Source of the DNA: Eledone cirrhosa | Lineage: Eukaryota | Direction of reading: 5' to 3' | Length of the DNA stretch: 64,000 bases | NCBI GenBank assembly: GCA_964016885.1 | Contig: OZ024740.1 | Location: 224,378,001-224,442,000 of the forward strand | Shown: positions 23,179 to 37,850 of the stretch, piece after piece | Layout: every line of letters begins with the position of its first letter | Numbering within the stretch: the first letter of the stretch is position 1 | Notes under the pieces: model-generated | Database searches by the model: none | Seen by the model: the letters and a program-made list of their open reading frames with translations, nothing else | What the model was told of the DNA's origin: nothing | Position numbers and translations under genes: made by a program

Positions 23179-26100
23179 ATGTATGTCTGTATGTGTGTGT
23201 GTATCACTAGATACTTGCATAGTATTAACATTCAGAATGAAGTTAAATACTAAAGCAAGATACTAAAATATATTTCGTTATACATTACTGAATTAAGTAT
23301 ATCTAATTTCATAATCATCACCATTGTCTCTATCACCACAACCATCATCTGTTATTTCTGTTATTTTTCCTCACATTTTTACCATGTGTACAGCATTCAG
23401 TGCATTACCACCTACATTAATTATATGCTTTAAATATTGCTTCCAGCATCTCTATCACCTAACCTTGTACCCACACATTAGATACTTTGCTACCTATATC
23501 AGTGGTGCCAAAATTAACACCATCATAATCAATATGACTATTTACTTAAAACTTGATGCTACTGAGTTAAATAACCAGTACTCCAACAACACCACTTCAA
23601 GCATGTCACATAACTAAATCTACTAATCATCATCATCATCAGCATCATTGATGTAGTCACCACCACCAGCATCAGAATGTTATATAAGATTTACATGCTA
23701 ACAAGCATTAGATGGGTTGCCAATCCTTATTTGGTGTTACTGCTCGCCTAGATGGATTAGAAGACAATACACCACTTAAACATTCTCGTTTTTGGCACGT
23801 TTTACTACTAGTTGCATTTATTAACTCGAAATATACTTGGTCATCCTTTCCTTACATCAGTGGAGATATCATCATCACTTAGCATCAATTTCTCTATGTA
23901 TGCATGGGTCGTTTCCAACAGAGCAACCTTCCTCTTGCTGTACTTCTTTATCATCATCTTTGTTAGGTTCAGCCTTTTGTGATCAATTCTTACCATTTCT
24001 ACCCTGGTCTCCCTTGGTCTTGCTCTACTGCAATTTCCTTTCACTGATACCTCAACACATTTTCACTTAACAATCATCATCCATATGCATCATGTATCTA
24101 TATCTCTTTTGAGAATTGGGGAGCTGCACTCTCTGAATGAATTGTAGGCTGTGTGATACCTGCATGCAAGTGGCAATGCTGCATGGGAGTAAAACATAGG
24201 CCTTCACTACACAGAACTAGAGAGGGCTGCAGGGAGCTGTATGAGTCAGACTGGTGCCACAATTTAATGCACCCAGTACACTACGTGATCCATTACTTGG
24301 GCTGAGCATCTCAAACCCATAGTAATGTAGAAATTATTCAGATGACACTTTCTCGTCCAAAAACTACCATTGAATTCTATTATATTATTGTTCACCCAGC
24401 TGCTATAATTATATCTATTTTTTGTTTTGTATTATTAGTATATTTTACAATCATAGAGAATGCTTCATTAAGGAAGGTAATAGAAATAGGAGCATAGTAA
24501 TTGTCACAATTTGATAAAAATATTGGTAACCTTTAGGTAAATTGTTCTTAAGAATTATAAATCATTCTACTTATTGATAAATTATAGCTAATATGAGCTT
24601 CCATAAATTTTATATTGTTTTTCTTGAAATACTATATACTTAGAATTAAATTGATAGTAACTTCAAGGAGTAGGTGTTTTTAAATAGATAATTCAAAATA
24701 CGAGTATTAAATATACTAGTCAAACTAACCACTAGATAATATATGCAGTTAAAAAATGTTTTTACACGTCTGACTTTACATAAGTTTTAACACCTTTCCT
24801 AATATATATAAAACTTGTTTACATTTTTCAAATCCTAGTGGCTGGAGTCATAAAAACATACGATCGGTAAATAAATATATTTTTCATATTATCTAGTGAT
24901 TCTAACGATTTCTATGCAGCGGAATTATATGCTACCTCATGTATTTGAATGAAACATGTATATCAATTAGATAATGTATTAATGTATTGAACCTTGGTGA
25001 TTTATTCATATATATATACATATATATATATATACGCACACACTGTGTAAGAGAGAACCAAATTATAATACTTTACTGTCCATGCTTTTTACTAGACTAT
25101 AAGTAGTATATATATGTAGAAACATATCTACTTGAATGAAAACCAGGTCATTCACTCTGTTCACTTATAATTTACATACAGTCTTACTTTAATGATCACC
25201 ATTGATGGTGGCGATCCTGGCGATGATAATGAAACATAAAAAAACTCAAGTTAGACGTTGCAATAATGGAAAAGTGACAAAAATAGTAATGTTTGGGTAG
25301 AGAAGTGATAATAAACACAATGATAGTTGTTGTAAATGGTGAGAACCTATTGACTTAATTGCTCTTCTGACAAAATAAATGTCATCAGCTGCAGACATTT
25401 CTGAGGAACAATGAAGGTATTAAGTAAATTACAACTTTACTTTCTCCAGACAATAGTCTGTTACTGCCTGTGGAAGACTGATTCATTTCTTTTACACGTC
25501 CCTTTTTAAAATGTTTTTCACCTCATAATAGAATTCATTTCAGATGTTGAATACAATCAAAGACAGCTTAAATGAACTTAGTTCTAGCTTTAAGTCACCT
25601 AGAAAGGCAAGTGTCTGTAGTGGGGCCAGAACTTTCTCAATATAAAATTTCCACAGAATAACCAGTTAGACTATGTATAACATCTTGAATAATTAAGGTA
25701 TTGTTTGACTAAAGAATTTGTGGAGAAAGAATTTGTTGTAAAAGTTCTATACACTAAATACCTTACAGCATTAATTTTTTTTCATATAAAATTTAAAATG
25801 TATTTATAGTTTCAACTATTGCTGTTTTTAAACTATTTGAAGAAATAAAGATACAATACTTCTAGCTTAATAGTAAAGACATGACAGTTGAAGTTTACAT
25901 TGTGTTGTCCCATAAAACAACTTGTTGAAAAAAGTAAGAGAATATTTAATAAGAAAAGGTTGAGGTCCTAATCATGACAAAGTTATTGCTTTCTAAATGT
26001 TTAATCAGGGAAATAATTTGATCGATCTTTCTAATATTGTTGGATAATATACTTAGAATTCTAGCAACAACAGATCTAGTCAGGAGGTAGAACTACATAA

Positions 26101-26299
26101 ATGCTTTATGTAACAAAATCTCATAAGCAGAACATTAATATAGTCTACATTTTCATCAATATTACTCATTGTCATCTCCCTCCTACTCCTCACCTTCAAA
26201 CCCCCCTCTTCTTCTTCTTCTTCTTCTTCTCCATCAACATCCTCGTCATTATCATCATCATCATGGTCATCTTCATCATCATCATGGTCATCATCAAAA

Positions 26300-26632
26300 T
26301 CATCATTTATATTTTCATTTTTCCATGTTTGCATGGATCAGAAAAATTCTTTTCAGCAGAACTTCCCTTCACTTTTGTGAGTTCCACCAATGGCTTTCAC
26401 CATTTCTGCCCACATCTTCTCTAGTCTTTCTCTTTCATAGCTTCCTTCCACTTGAAACTCCTAGCACGTCTTTACCCAATGCTCATCATCCATATGCATC
26501 ACTTGTCTGTCCCAGTGCATACTTTTCTCCTGCATGCCATATCTGATTCCTCTTATGCAGAGTTTTTCTTTCAGCTCATCCATGCTTCATCTTTCATAAA
26601 CATTGACATTACAAATCCAATGGAGCATACTT
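26300..26632 (-). mobile_element. Old RTE LINE 3' fragment
   Basis: Degenerate RLHWDRQVMHMDDE..VKTC region plus a (GAT)n-type tail. Confidence 0.5.
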
Positions 26633-26777
26633 GATCTTGAATAAGCTCTTCTTGCTCTTTAACCTAATTTATCAATGATATTGTAGCTCTTTGTTCAGAG
26701 GCATTGACGCTGTGAACATCCCATCTTTATTTCAGGTATAGTGTATTTAGAACTACATTATTTACATTATTGCCTTT

Positions 26778-27050
26778 CTGAGTTCAAATCCCACCGAGGT
26801 TAACTTTGCCTTTCATCCTTACTGGGTATATGCTGGCCTTGTGCCAAAAGTAGAAACAATTATTTAAGGTGGATTGGCAGTATCAGGTCATATGCCATGC
26901 TTTGCAGCATAGACTTACGGCCCTTTATGGTATGAGTTCGAATCCCGGCAAGGTTAACTTTGCCATTCATCCTTACAGGGTCAATAAAATAAAGCACCAG
27001 TAATGCACTGGAGTAATTGCTGGCCTTGTACCAAAAGTAGTAACAATTAT
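26778..27050 (+). mobile_element. Two tandem SINE family A copies
   Basis: GAGTTC(A/G)AATCCC..GGTTAACTTTGCC motif occurs twice. Confidence 0.7.
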
Positions 27051-30000
27051 TTAATATCTCATTTGGATAAGTTATATAATGTATATGTTACTTGAGAGGG
27101 GATCTGGCTTCTGTTTCTAGCAGATCATGTGACTATGTAGATATTCACTCATTGGTTTATTACCTAATCTAGTGATTATGTAGGTGGTATGAATAACTAG
27201 TTTTTCTTGCATTACAGTAATTTTTTCTAAGTTTAATTAATTTTCTTGATAAGTGTAGCATACCACCAATTACTTGTTTTGTCAAACATATCTCTCAAGG
27301 AAAATAACACCTCCAGTCTCATCTGCTACTACTGAAAAGATTTTTTTATTTTTTATTCTTGGTGTAGCAAAGATTAAGCTTTATGTTTTACAGTCATTAG
27401 TTCAGTAACCCATTGTTTGCAAATTGAATTCTACAGGAAACACATTTTTCTCTATTAATTTTTAAATAGTAAGTATAAAATATATATGTGACTATATGGT
27501 TACACTTGTATTTGTGAATGGTTTGCAAGAATTATTCATAACCAAAGAAAGATAATCACTTAACAATGAGTGTCTATGTAGAGGGTGAAGTGGCAAAATT
27601 GTTAGAACATGAGTCGAAATGTTTTGTATTACATGTTTTCACTCTTTACATTCTGAGTTCAAATTCTTTTGTGGTCAACTCTACCAGTCATCCTTCCTGG
27701 GTCGATAAAATAAAGTAATGAAATTGATTTAATTGACTGATACCTTCTTGGTTATTTCAGCCAATATACTACAGCTGAGAAAAGCTGAATGAATCTTTTT
27801 GGTGCTGCTTGGTATTTAAGAGTGGATGAGAGTATTAATTCCAGTTGTTACAACATTCCTATGTAAGAATAGCATCCCCAAGCATTATTAAATTTGAAAT
27901 GTATTGTATGCGATATGGTGGACTTAATGGAATGTTCATTTGTTTACTGCCTATCATCAGAACTAAACTTGGAATCCAATTGACTAAGATGATTCGTGGG
28001 CTCTCATCCTAGTCTGAACATTTCCAAATTATCTGAAAAATATTTGCAACAGTTAGCTCAGTTGAGACAAGTATAATAAAGAGTTCAACATGACAGGACA
28101 CGAGTATCAGATGTGATTTCATAACCAGTATCTTTGTTGTCCAATACCTTGTTCTCGTGAATAACACATCTTTCATCATCGTCCTTTATTCAAGATAATG
28201 TGTTGGACATGTTTTAAATCATCCCACAGATGTTTGCTATCAGCCCTTTGTCATTTGTCAATACAGTAATAATGGAAATCACAGATTGTTCCTTTGGCAT
28301 GGGTTTTGTATCTAGATGCTATTTCTATCACCACTCAATTGACAGCATGGACTATGAGCATTCCATCATATGTCTGGCACTAGAAATTATCTTTAGTGGA
28401 ACTAAAGAGTCCCCTCTACCATATATCAGTTTTTATTCTGAGCTTCTGCTATCCTGGATGCTTTTCTGGAGCTACAGCTCACATGTTGCTCTTTCTCTTA
28501 CAAACCACTCAACAACATAAACTATATACATTTTATGAAATGACTGACACTAAAAAGTTTCTCTGCAGCAGAAATGCAGAAACCTTCTATCCGTTCAATT
28601 TTAATTTTATGTTATTACCTGTTTTAGTAGGTTATGTATGCTACATCTTTGGGTCTGGCCTGTTGCATTCACTACAAATTGGAATCTTTGTCTCAGCACT
28701 CGAATGGTTACCTTGTTCATCAGGCATATAAATGAATTTTGACAATCCTTTTAGTTGTTACTTCCATCTTTTCTTTCTTGTATGTTGGAGTGGGAGAGGG
28801 GTTTTCTGCATTTGCATGTATACATGATTTGTAACTAGTACTTACTTATAGCCATCAATCTTAACATAAAAGAGGTGCCCAATATTAAGCTAGGTAGGCT
28901 GAAAACTAGTATATAATGATTTTAGAAAGTTTTGATCTCAAGCCATTGGGAGCAGTTATTTTCAAAAGGTAAATTTGATAACATCCGTTGCTGCTAATTT
29001 TCACAAAAATTTACTGAACTGTACATCTTCTAATCAATCAACGTTTTACATTTCAAACTATTTATTGCTGTTCTTATAATGTTTAGTATAAATCATTTCA
29101 AGTGTTCTGTTATATATTTTCTTTAATTTCTTTGACTTTGTACAAGAATGCTTCAAAAATATTTCTTTCTCTCTAAGGATAAAAATTCTTTATGCTATAA
29201 TTTTCTACAAAAAGAAAAAACAAACATAAATTTCAATTTTCATTTGAGTATAACATTTATTACAAATATATACCATTACAATAAAAGTTGTTATTTTTGC
29301 TAAATATCAAATGATAAATCTTTTATTTTTCTCTTCAAATGATAACTTTTTCTTTATTTCGAATGTATGGAAATAGAAGTTGAATAATAAATCGTATGTT
29401 AAATATATTTTTTAACAAAAAAAAAGTTAATACAACATTTTTCTTTTTTAATTCATGGGTCACACACTGTGACATTACGATTATTGTTTTCTTTCTTTCT
29501 GGGAGCAAAATCTAATATATATAATAAGAATCAAGATATTTTCTTTTGCTATACTTTTAATCTAAATCATGAAAAATGAAATTTCTAGCAAAAGTTATGT
29601 TTTATTTCTTGATAAATGTTTCATTGCTATGCTATGTATTAAATATCTATATCTTTTCTTTGTTCTTGGATATAACCAAATGTCCTCAATTCTGTACACA
29701 TACACACATACACATGTATACACATATATGGACATATACAGTAAGAACTAACTTAGAATGAGTGAATGGGTATATAAATATACATAAAGATACGCACATA
29801 CACACACACATATATATATTACACTGTATCATATGCCCTCAACTCCTGATAGAATTATAGTGGGTGGACATTGTGACATGCTGTGCACCAGACTTCTCCA
29901 TCATTCACAGATGCATGCCACACCTTAGCTGCCACTAAGGATCTACCTGTCCATTCAATAATGTTGTTGGTCCCTTTTTTTTGTGCACCCCTTTTTCTAT

Positions 30001-30712
30001 CTGTTTTTAGACATCCTTTGCAAGGACATTGGATATTGTTACATTATTCTGGGGTCTTCATGGGAAAGGAGGAAGATGCGATATTGGATTGGTTTGTGAC
30101 CCTGGTCATTTGTGATATGGTTAATGTATGATATTCCTATGATGTTCTGGTAGCTTCTATTTCTATAGTACTTATATCTTTGCCTGTATCACTGAGTTGG
30201 GATATGGAAAAATTCAGTTTGGAGCTCAAGTTGATGGTTAAACCGCGGGGAGTGAGAAACACCTAGTTCTTGTTAGGACATCATTCCAGAAGGAAAACTC
30301 TGATGTAAAACCAGCAACTCAATGGCAACCAATTATGTTCATCTGTTCTTTTTGGATACCTGTCACCATTGTTCAGAGAATGGGATTGGTCCAGAGCAAA
30401 GCTTTTCTTCACTTAAAAAAGCTTCAAGCACAGGCATCACTTATTCTAAATGACTTTCATGTGAGTTGTGTGAGCATGGCTTTTTTTTTCTTTCACTGCA
30501 GCATATGCAGAAAGGCATTTTAATCCTTGGCAGGTCTAAAAGGTCATGTTCGTGCCACTCATGAATGAAAAAAATGTCATGGGATGGTGATTTTTGAAAC
30601 CAATTATAGCCATTATTGGCTCAGACCTTAAGGTTCATGTTCCACATGCGTACAAGAAGATATAATATAATAGGATATACATATATATATATATATAGTA
30701 TAAACTTTAAGT

Positions 30713-31035
30713 TAAGGTGTGTGGCTTAGTGGTTAGAACATTTAGCACACAATCGTATGACTGTGAGTCTGAATCCCAGAGCAGGTGATACATTGTGTTC
30801 TTGAGCAAGACACTTTATTTCACATTGCTCCAGTTCACTTAGCTGTAGAAATGAGTTGTGATGTCATTGGTGCCAAACTATATCGGTCATTTCCTTTCCC
30901 TTGGACAATATTGTTTGCATAGAGAGGGGAGACTAGCATGCATGGGTGACTGCTGGTCTTCGACAAACATATCTTGCCTAGGAGGAACCCTTTCCAAGTG
31001 CAAACCATGGTCATTCATGACGAAACGGGGTCTAC
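30713..31035 (+). mobile_element. CORE-type SINE
   Basis: Homologous to 8622-8925. Confidence 0.7.
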
Positions 31036-31559
31036 ATTAAGTTAAAAAATATGAATGAAAGTAAAGAGACTTTGGCAATTGTTATTTCTATTATAAAGGT
31101 TTCTGATTTAGGCACAAAGCCAACAATTTTTGGAGGAGTGGAAAGTCGATTAACTCTTTAAGGATGAAAAGCAATGATAATCTCGACAGGGTTTGAACTC
31201 AGAATTTAAAGGACCATAACTATAATGGAACTGTTCTAACAATTTAAGACAATAACAACAACAATAGCAAGCATTTTAAAACCACTTTTCTTGCTAAAGG
31301 AGGAGTTAGACTTGCAAGTGCTATGATAGGCCTCATACTCCCCATGCAGTTCTTATTGAGGCAATGTTTTTATTACTGTTAATTTTCAGGCATAGTTGGG
31401 TAATTAAGTAGTTCACTTCAAAACCACTCTGTATTGATTTAAATCCCACTCCATAGAACCTGGAGCAAGTGTCTTCTGTTATGACCTCAAGTTGGCACTT
31501 ATCTTATCATAAGTAACATTTGGTAGACATAAACAGTGTAGAAGCATATATTTATATAA

Positions 31560-31828
31560 TGTCAACCCCAATACGGCCCTCCTCCCAGATACTAATCTCT
31601 CTCAGAGGTAGTGAGTGACCTTGAATCAGCTACACACAGGTATCAGCCAATTCATTGTAACCATGCACCACTAGGGGATATGATCATCAGTAGCTTGCCA
31701 CTGTCATTCACCAGAGTAGACAACTGAACATATACTGAGTGAGTGCCCAGATTTCAACCCACCAAAGAATAATCCCACAACTATGAGCTGGTTACAATGC
31801 CTGGGGGGGACATCGCATAATTACAGCT
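31560..31828 (+). mobile_element. 3' fragment of an I/Ingi-group LINE (zinc knuckle)
   Basis: Translation with stops: TLNQLHTG...ACHCHSPE*TTEHILSECP, matching the LxRLRTG...CxC...TxxHxLxxCP C-terminus. Confidence 0.55.
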
Positions 31829-33387
31829 CTCTCTCTCTCATATGCATGAAGAATATTTATGTGTGTATATATGTAAATATGTCTGTATCATATTGTATCT
31901 TTTTTTTCTCCCATTATTTAGTGATTTGACAAATAGAGATCAATATAATGGGTGCTTGACTGAAATAAGTACTTGGGTTGATGTGAGCAACTGAATGCTT
32001 GATGGTGGGACCCCAATGAAATTGCAGTTTAATGTATGTAACCAATAAAAGGAAAGAAGAAATGGAATGAAAATAATATACTATAATGATGCTTTTCATT
32101 TTTATTGTATTTTTATAGATATATTATTTGGTGAATAAATATAGTCTTGGTAAGGGATATACTTGATTTATTATAAATAATTAGAAGTGGATTTCTCTTT
32201 ATTCCAATGATTATCTCGTGTTAGAGTCTACTTTTGGTGCAGATGCATAAATATTATAATGCACCAGTTTATATTTGAGCTTATGTTATCAATAATCATA
32301 GCAGGTAGTGAAATCTGAATCAAATTTTTCCATACATCACACTGAGAAATGTTAAACTATTGAACCAAGGAGGTGACTATCAAGGTCCAAAGTATTCTGT
32401 AAGCACTCAATGACAATAACAATTCGTTTTGATGTTACTTCTCTATGACTACAACTGTATCACTAGCTTACAATTTATTTTTCACAAATTGTTATGCTGT
32501 TAAAAGAAAATTATAAAATGCTGGGCAGAGACAAGATGGTCGAGGGGTTATTCTACAAAGAACCAAACAATATTACTAGTATATAGGTATTAATTTCTCC
32601 CAAATGTCGTTAGTGCATTAGGTATATATCCAAATAACTATAATGCTGTAATATGATTGTTTCATGATTCAGGTGAATGGAATAGTAAGTGTCTTACTCT
32701 GTGAGATGTAAGGGAAATGCACTGAAAATCCCAAACCAACTTAGAGTAAACAGCTTTCTCTATCTCTGCTGAAATGACTAGGGAGTTTACTAAAAGAGAA
32801 TTGTAAAATACCAGTGAAGAGTATGTGTTTGGTATGCGTTGGTGTAGTAGGTAGAGACAAAATGGTTAAAATGTTATTTTACCCATAAGCAAACAATGTA
32901 CTTAATTCAGATTTCATTGTAGACATTGTTTTGTTGAATAGATCATGGGATTAACCTGTGTCTAGCAGAAACAATATCCAATAAATGCAGAACAAATTCA
33001 TTAGATAGGATGAGGTTTCCTTTTGTCTGATGGGACATTGCATATTATATCATCTAGCTAGTGCTTGTCTTCAGCATAGATATACAGCTTTCCTCAGGTG
33101 TCTAATGTAGTGCTGCAATGCTTGAGAACCATGATAGATCAAGTAGGATGATTGTGATGTAATGCAGTACTGAATTTAAATATTTAGTGCATGACCAATT
33201 CAAATTCCTAAAATGTATTCAATGCTAATTATTCTAGGGGTGGAGTATTAGGTCCAAAGTAAGGCACTAAATAGCACATGCTTCAGTAAATTTAAAATTA
33301 GTTTAAGTAGAAATGGATGGATAGGGTTAGGAAATTTATTTCAATTATAGGCACCCATCAGTCATAATTGACTATGGTTTTCTCTTA

Positions 33388-33647
33388 GAAAATTCCCCTC
33401 TGGGCAAGGTCTGTTTTGTGGAAGACCTGCAGTCACACATGCATGCTAGTTGTCCAAGGGAAAAGGCACTGGCCGATACAGCTTGGTACCAGTTATGTTG
33501 CAACTCATTTCTACAGCTGAGTGAACTGGAGCAATATGAACAAAAGTGTCTTGTTTAAGAACACAATGCACCGTTTGGTCTGGGATTCAAACTCACAACT
33601 TAATGATTGTGTGCTCAATGATCTAACTACTAAGCCATGTGTCTTCA
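33388..33647 (-). mobile_element. CORE-type SINE
   Basis: Reverse-complement homologue of 8622-8925 and 30713-31035. Confidence 0.7.
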
Positions 33648-34479
33648 TTTAAATATATTGTTTTATATAATAATCCATATAGATCTATTATATGTGATCC
33701 AAACTATTTATAAACTACAATGTAGCTCTCACTTACAGTTATGTACCTCTATCACATGATTTGTGTACCTGGGTGATGTACTGGCAAAGTTGTTAGAGCA
33801 TAGGACATTTGTTCCAGTCTTATATACTCTGAATTCAAATCTTGCTAAGGTCAACTTTACCTTTTATTTTGGGCATTGATAAAATTCACCACATGGGAGG
33901 GGAATTAACAGAATATTTAGAGTATTTGACAAGATAACTTGTGGTATTTGATTTGATTCTTTTAATTCTGAGTGCAAATCTCCTTGAAGCCAATTTGGTT
34001 GGAAAACTTAATCTCTCACTTAGTTTAGTGCTGCCATCTGGTACATGGGTGTCTCTAGCAGAGTCAAATCTGATACAATCATTCAAATTAGATTAAAATC
34101 ATCGATCAAATCAGGAAGGCAGGCATGTAGCTTAGTGGTTAGAGAATTGGATTCATGATCGTCAGGTTACAAGTTTGATTCCTGGGTTGAGCAATGCATT
34201 ATGCCCATCAGCAAGACACTATTTCTTGACAGCAGTTTTTATCAATAGATAGTATCAGCAATGGAAAGACCAATGGAAACATTGTTTCCTTGGATCAATT
34301 TGATGAGTTTAACTCTACTTGGAAAGCAAATGAGGTCTCGGATCTTGTCAAATTATTTGATTGATATTAAAATCAACTACAGCTATAACCACTAAGCCAC
34401 ATGCCTTCACAAATATATATATATATACTCATCATCATCGTTTAACCTCCCCCCTCCGTGCAGTGTGTGTATGGGGGTG

Positions 34480-36020
34480 GGGGTAGGAGGTCCATCATTA
34501 TGTCTATTGATTGTTCGTGTCCTGTAAAAGATTGTCAAAATAGTAACCAAAGCATGCATACTTCTATCTGGAGACGGAGTCCGAAATCTCTTTCGTCGTT
34601 CCTCGTCTGTTTGTTGGAGTCGTTCGTATTCGTCTAGAATGGAAGCGAGGTTATCATCTGAAGATGAGCTGTCCTCATTTATTAGATTGCTAAAACAATG
34701 TACATAAAAGAGAATATTCCAGATAAAAGGATTAAGCTTTTTTTTTACGTATTTTAGAAATGGAGAGCATGTTGTGAAAACGTATTCTGTGTATCGTGTG
34801 ATGAAAGCAATTTTTTCTGAGAGTGGTGCGTTCTGGTCGAACTTGTTGTTGCTGGTAATTATGAGTGGCATCCTATGAACTATTTGGTCTTGTTTAAACT
34901 TAATAGCTACCTCCGTATCAATTCCCTCAACGAGTTTCTTGAATGTCTGCAGTGTCTCTAAAGTGAAGTTTGGTTTTCTATCAGACCTATTTCAACATTG
35001 ATCAGATTTTGAAATGGGAAGCTGCTTGTACCCTGTATTGTTGATACGTGAGTGAACATATCAGCAATACTTCTGGCCACCATAGACTTTCCTGTGTTTG
35101 GTATTCCTCTTAGTACGAGTAAATTTCGTTTTGGCTTTTTGGGGGTTAGCAGCTTCCATACTGTAGTGACAAAGCTTGCTTCTTGTAAATCTTGTGTCAT
35201 AATAATTGATTTTAATATTTTTAGCGATACATCCCTGTCCATGTAGTTCTTATTGTTGTCAAAGAACTCCCAGTTCATATTTTCGAACTTTTCTTTAAAA
35301 CATATTCAGGGTTTTCAGTTTCTCGCATTCTAAAACATTTTTCATAATGCTATCGTGCATAGGATGTGATATGGCTCTCATGAAATTATCGTTGTTTGTT
35401 CGATGTAGCCAATGAGATTTCATGTCTTGTTCGCTTCGGAACTTTTTTGATGTGAATATGTACGTGAGGTAGTTAAAAAGCGTTAGAGTAGTACCCAATT
35501 TTGACTTAAAAGTCGGTTCTTCCTGTGTGCTCGTTTGTTGTCTGCTAGTAGATTGTTTCGGTTGTGCGCCAGTCTGAAAATGTTTCGTTTGTGTCGTCTA
35601 TTCCTTGGATGAGTACATAACGAGGAGGTTGGCAGAAGTAGTTCGCCATGCTGGAAGGAAATTTTATTCTCTGACATTCTGGTATGTATCATACTAATTT
35701 TGTGGCCTTTTTGTATAAGCTTCTTATATATTTCAGACGTTGATTCTCTCCTGGTCTCTGCATACTATGCCATATAATATGAAAGTGGTTAAAGGCATTC
35801 CACTCTTTTTTTGGCGCATAAAGTGTTGTTTTTTGGGTGATATATTACTGTGGCTCCCTCACAGTGAATGAACTCTTTTATCTTATAGTTGCTGCTTATC
35901 TGGTACACATTTTTTCTGCTCTCATCATTATATTCGTTTATATTTAATTCGAAATGTTTGATTGGACCTTCTCCATGTACAGCTTGTGGCCGGCGCTCTG
36001 AAATGGAAAATGGTTACATT
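34480..36020 (-). pseudogene. NS1: Parvoviral NS1/Rep (HUH endonuclease + SF3 helicase), frameshifted
   Basis: HUH motif NHFHIIW (35773-35787); KRNLLVLRGIPNTGKS Walker A (~35084-35107); IGLIE Walker B; after a frameshift, TFKKLVEGIDTEVAIK (B') and MPLIITSNN (motif C); C-terminal KKLNPFIW. Confidence 0.93.
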
Positions 36021-36074
36021 GTAATACTACTTTAACGATGTGCTTGTCGAGTTCGATCCACTCTCGTTATTTCG

Positions 36075-36258
36075 GCGGTGGATTGGCAGTATTGGTAGAG
36101 GGTCGGACGCCATGCTTTCCAGCATAGTTACGTCCCTTTATGATCTGAGTTCAAATCCCGCCGAGGTTGACTTTGCCTTTCATCCTTACGGGGTCGATAA
36201 AATAAAGTACCAGTAATGCACTGGGTGATTGCTGGCCTGGTGCCTTAAGTAGAAACAA
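36075..36258 (+). mobile_element. SINE family A inserted in the 3' end of the viral VP gene
   Basis: Full-length copy flanked by TSD TTATTTCG (36067-36074 and 36259-36266). Confidence 0.9.
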
Positions 36259-37572
36259 TTATTTCGTAATTACGTAAACCTTGTGGCCATTTACATAAGT
36301 CAGTTTTTGCTGAATTCATTATTGTTGCATTAGCTGTACCCCAAGCCATCCAACCCATTGTTTGAGGATTACCAGATATGTATTCGAAATCTACCTCTGA
36401 GTAATATGTAATCGTTATCATAAATGATATTTTTGATGGGTTATTTTGTGAATCTAATATTGGTACTGAGTCTAATGTTGCTATTAGTGGTGGATTTGAT
36501 GGATTTACAGGAAATTGTGTTAGATGTGATCTACCCGTATTTTCTTCTTCATCAGTTTTATCTACTGCTAAATCCTTACTCCATGTACCGTCTTTTGTTG
36601 GTGCCCATTGTGATTTTTTAGCCCCCGAATATGTATTTATTTCACAAGGTAAACCGTTAGTTAATTTGATAGTTGGTGGTTCGAAAGTAGTGTTGAATGC
36701 GTAATACCCCATAAGCGAAAACCAACTAGGTGTTCTATTTATCCATGTGTATTGTGCTGTATCACCAGCGTATAAGAATTGGAAGTCGCCCGTGTTTAGA
36801 TATGATAGTATTTCTTCTACTGGCATTTCTTGTTCTGTAGCTGTTGCAGTTTTTGTATCTTGCCATATCTCTTCTAATTAGTCTATTGCTTTCTATTCCT
36901 TCTAATTTCCCTTCTTCTCTTGTAAGTGGTAGGTTATGTGTCCAGTTATTATTTAAATGAGCTATATTCCAGGTTTGATTTGGGAATAATGCTATTTATT
37001 ATCTACGTAATGTATCATCCATGGTCTAGTGTTGAATGTAGTGTTTGTTGTAGTAGTGTTTTGTAATGTACCCAATTCGTCTGTTAGTGGTATTATGTTC
37101 GATATTTTGTAACCGCATGATTTTACTCTGAAATTGCTTGCTGGTGTTAAGTATGTTTCTAATTCTGCTATTGTCAGACTTGCTTTTAATTGTGTAAGAA
37201 ATTAAAGCTGCTCTATGTGCTAATCTTAATTGTATATATTCTGCGTCGTGTTTTTTGTAATATGCTTTGTCTACTGGATTATCGGAACAATTTATGTAAT
37301 GTATGAATGTTCTTGAGAATTTTTTAGAGACTATTGGATTTATATCCCCTATTACTGGTGGTTGATCCCCTTGTGCTAATGCTGCTGACCCTCCTGGTGA
37401 TGGTCCTACGTGTGGATCCCCCATTGCTGGTGTTTTTACTATCCCACTTTCTTGTGATGTTGCTGCGTTTACTAGATCTTGGTCAGATATTTCGCAACTG
37501 TCTTGGTTTTTATGTGATTGTTCTTGTTCTATTTTTCTTTTTTTTTTTCAGTCGGTGGCATTACAATTTGTT

Positions 37573-37807
37573 GGCATACCTCAAGACGGGCGGTCTCAAA
37601 AGTGAAACTAATTTTTGACAGTTACGTAAGTGATTACTTTCAATTTGGATTGTGAACTTGCTTGTTTTTTTTACAACAGGTCTCTATAGTGATATGGTGT
37701 TAATTAGTATTGCGTGTACTTGATTTTTTTTTTTTTTTCTTTTTTTGTGTATTGTGTGTACGGAAATTTTTTTTTAAAATAATGACATTGTGTGTTGAAA
37801 TAAATAA

Positions 37808-37850
<43 letters not shown>

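Noticed and set aside
26080-26546. Acidic/His-rich ORFs
   Set aside because: They come from (CAT)n/(CTT)n tracts at the tail of an old RTE fragment.
27840-28740. Coding-like composition suggesting a decayed transposase
   Set aside because: Frequent stops in all frames and no motif I could assign.
34522-34561. GT...AG 40-nt mini-intron near the NS1 3' end
   Set aside because: Very short, and the frame is open without splicing; cannot be supported without transcripts.
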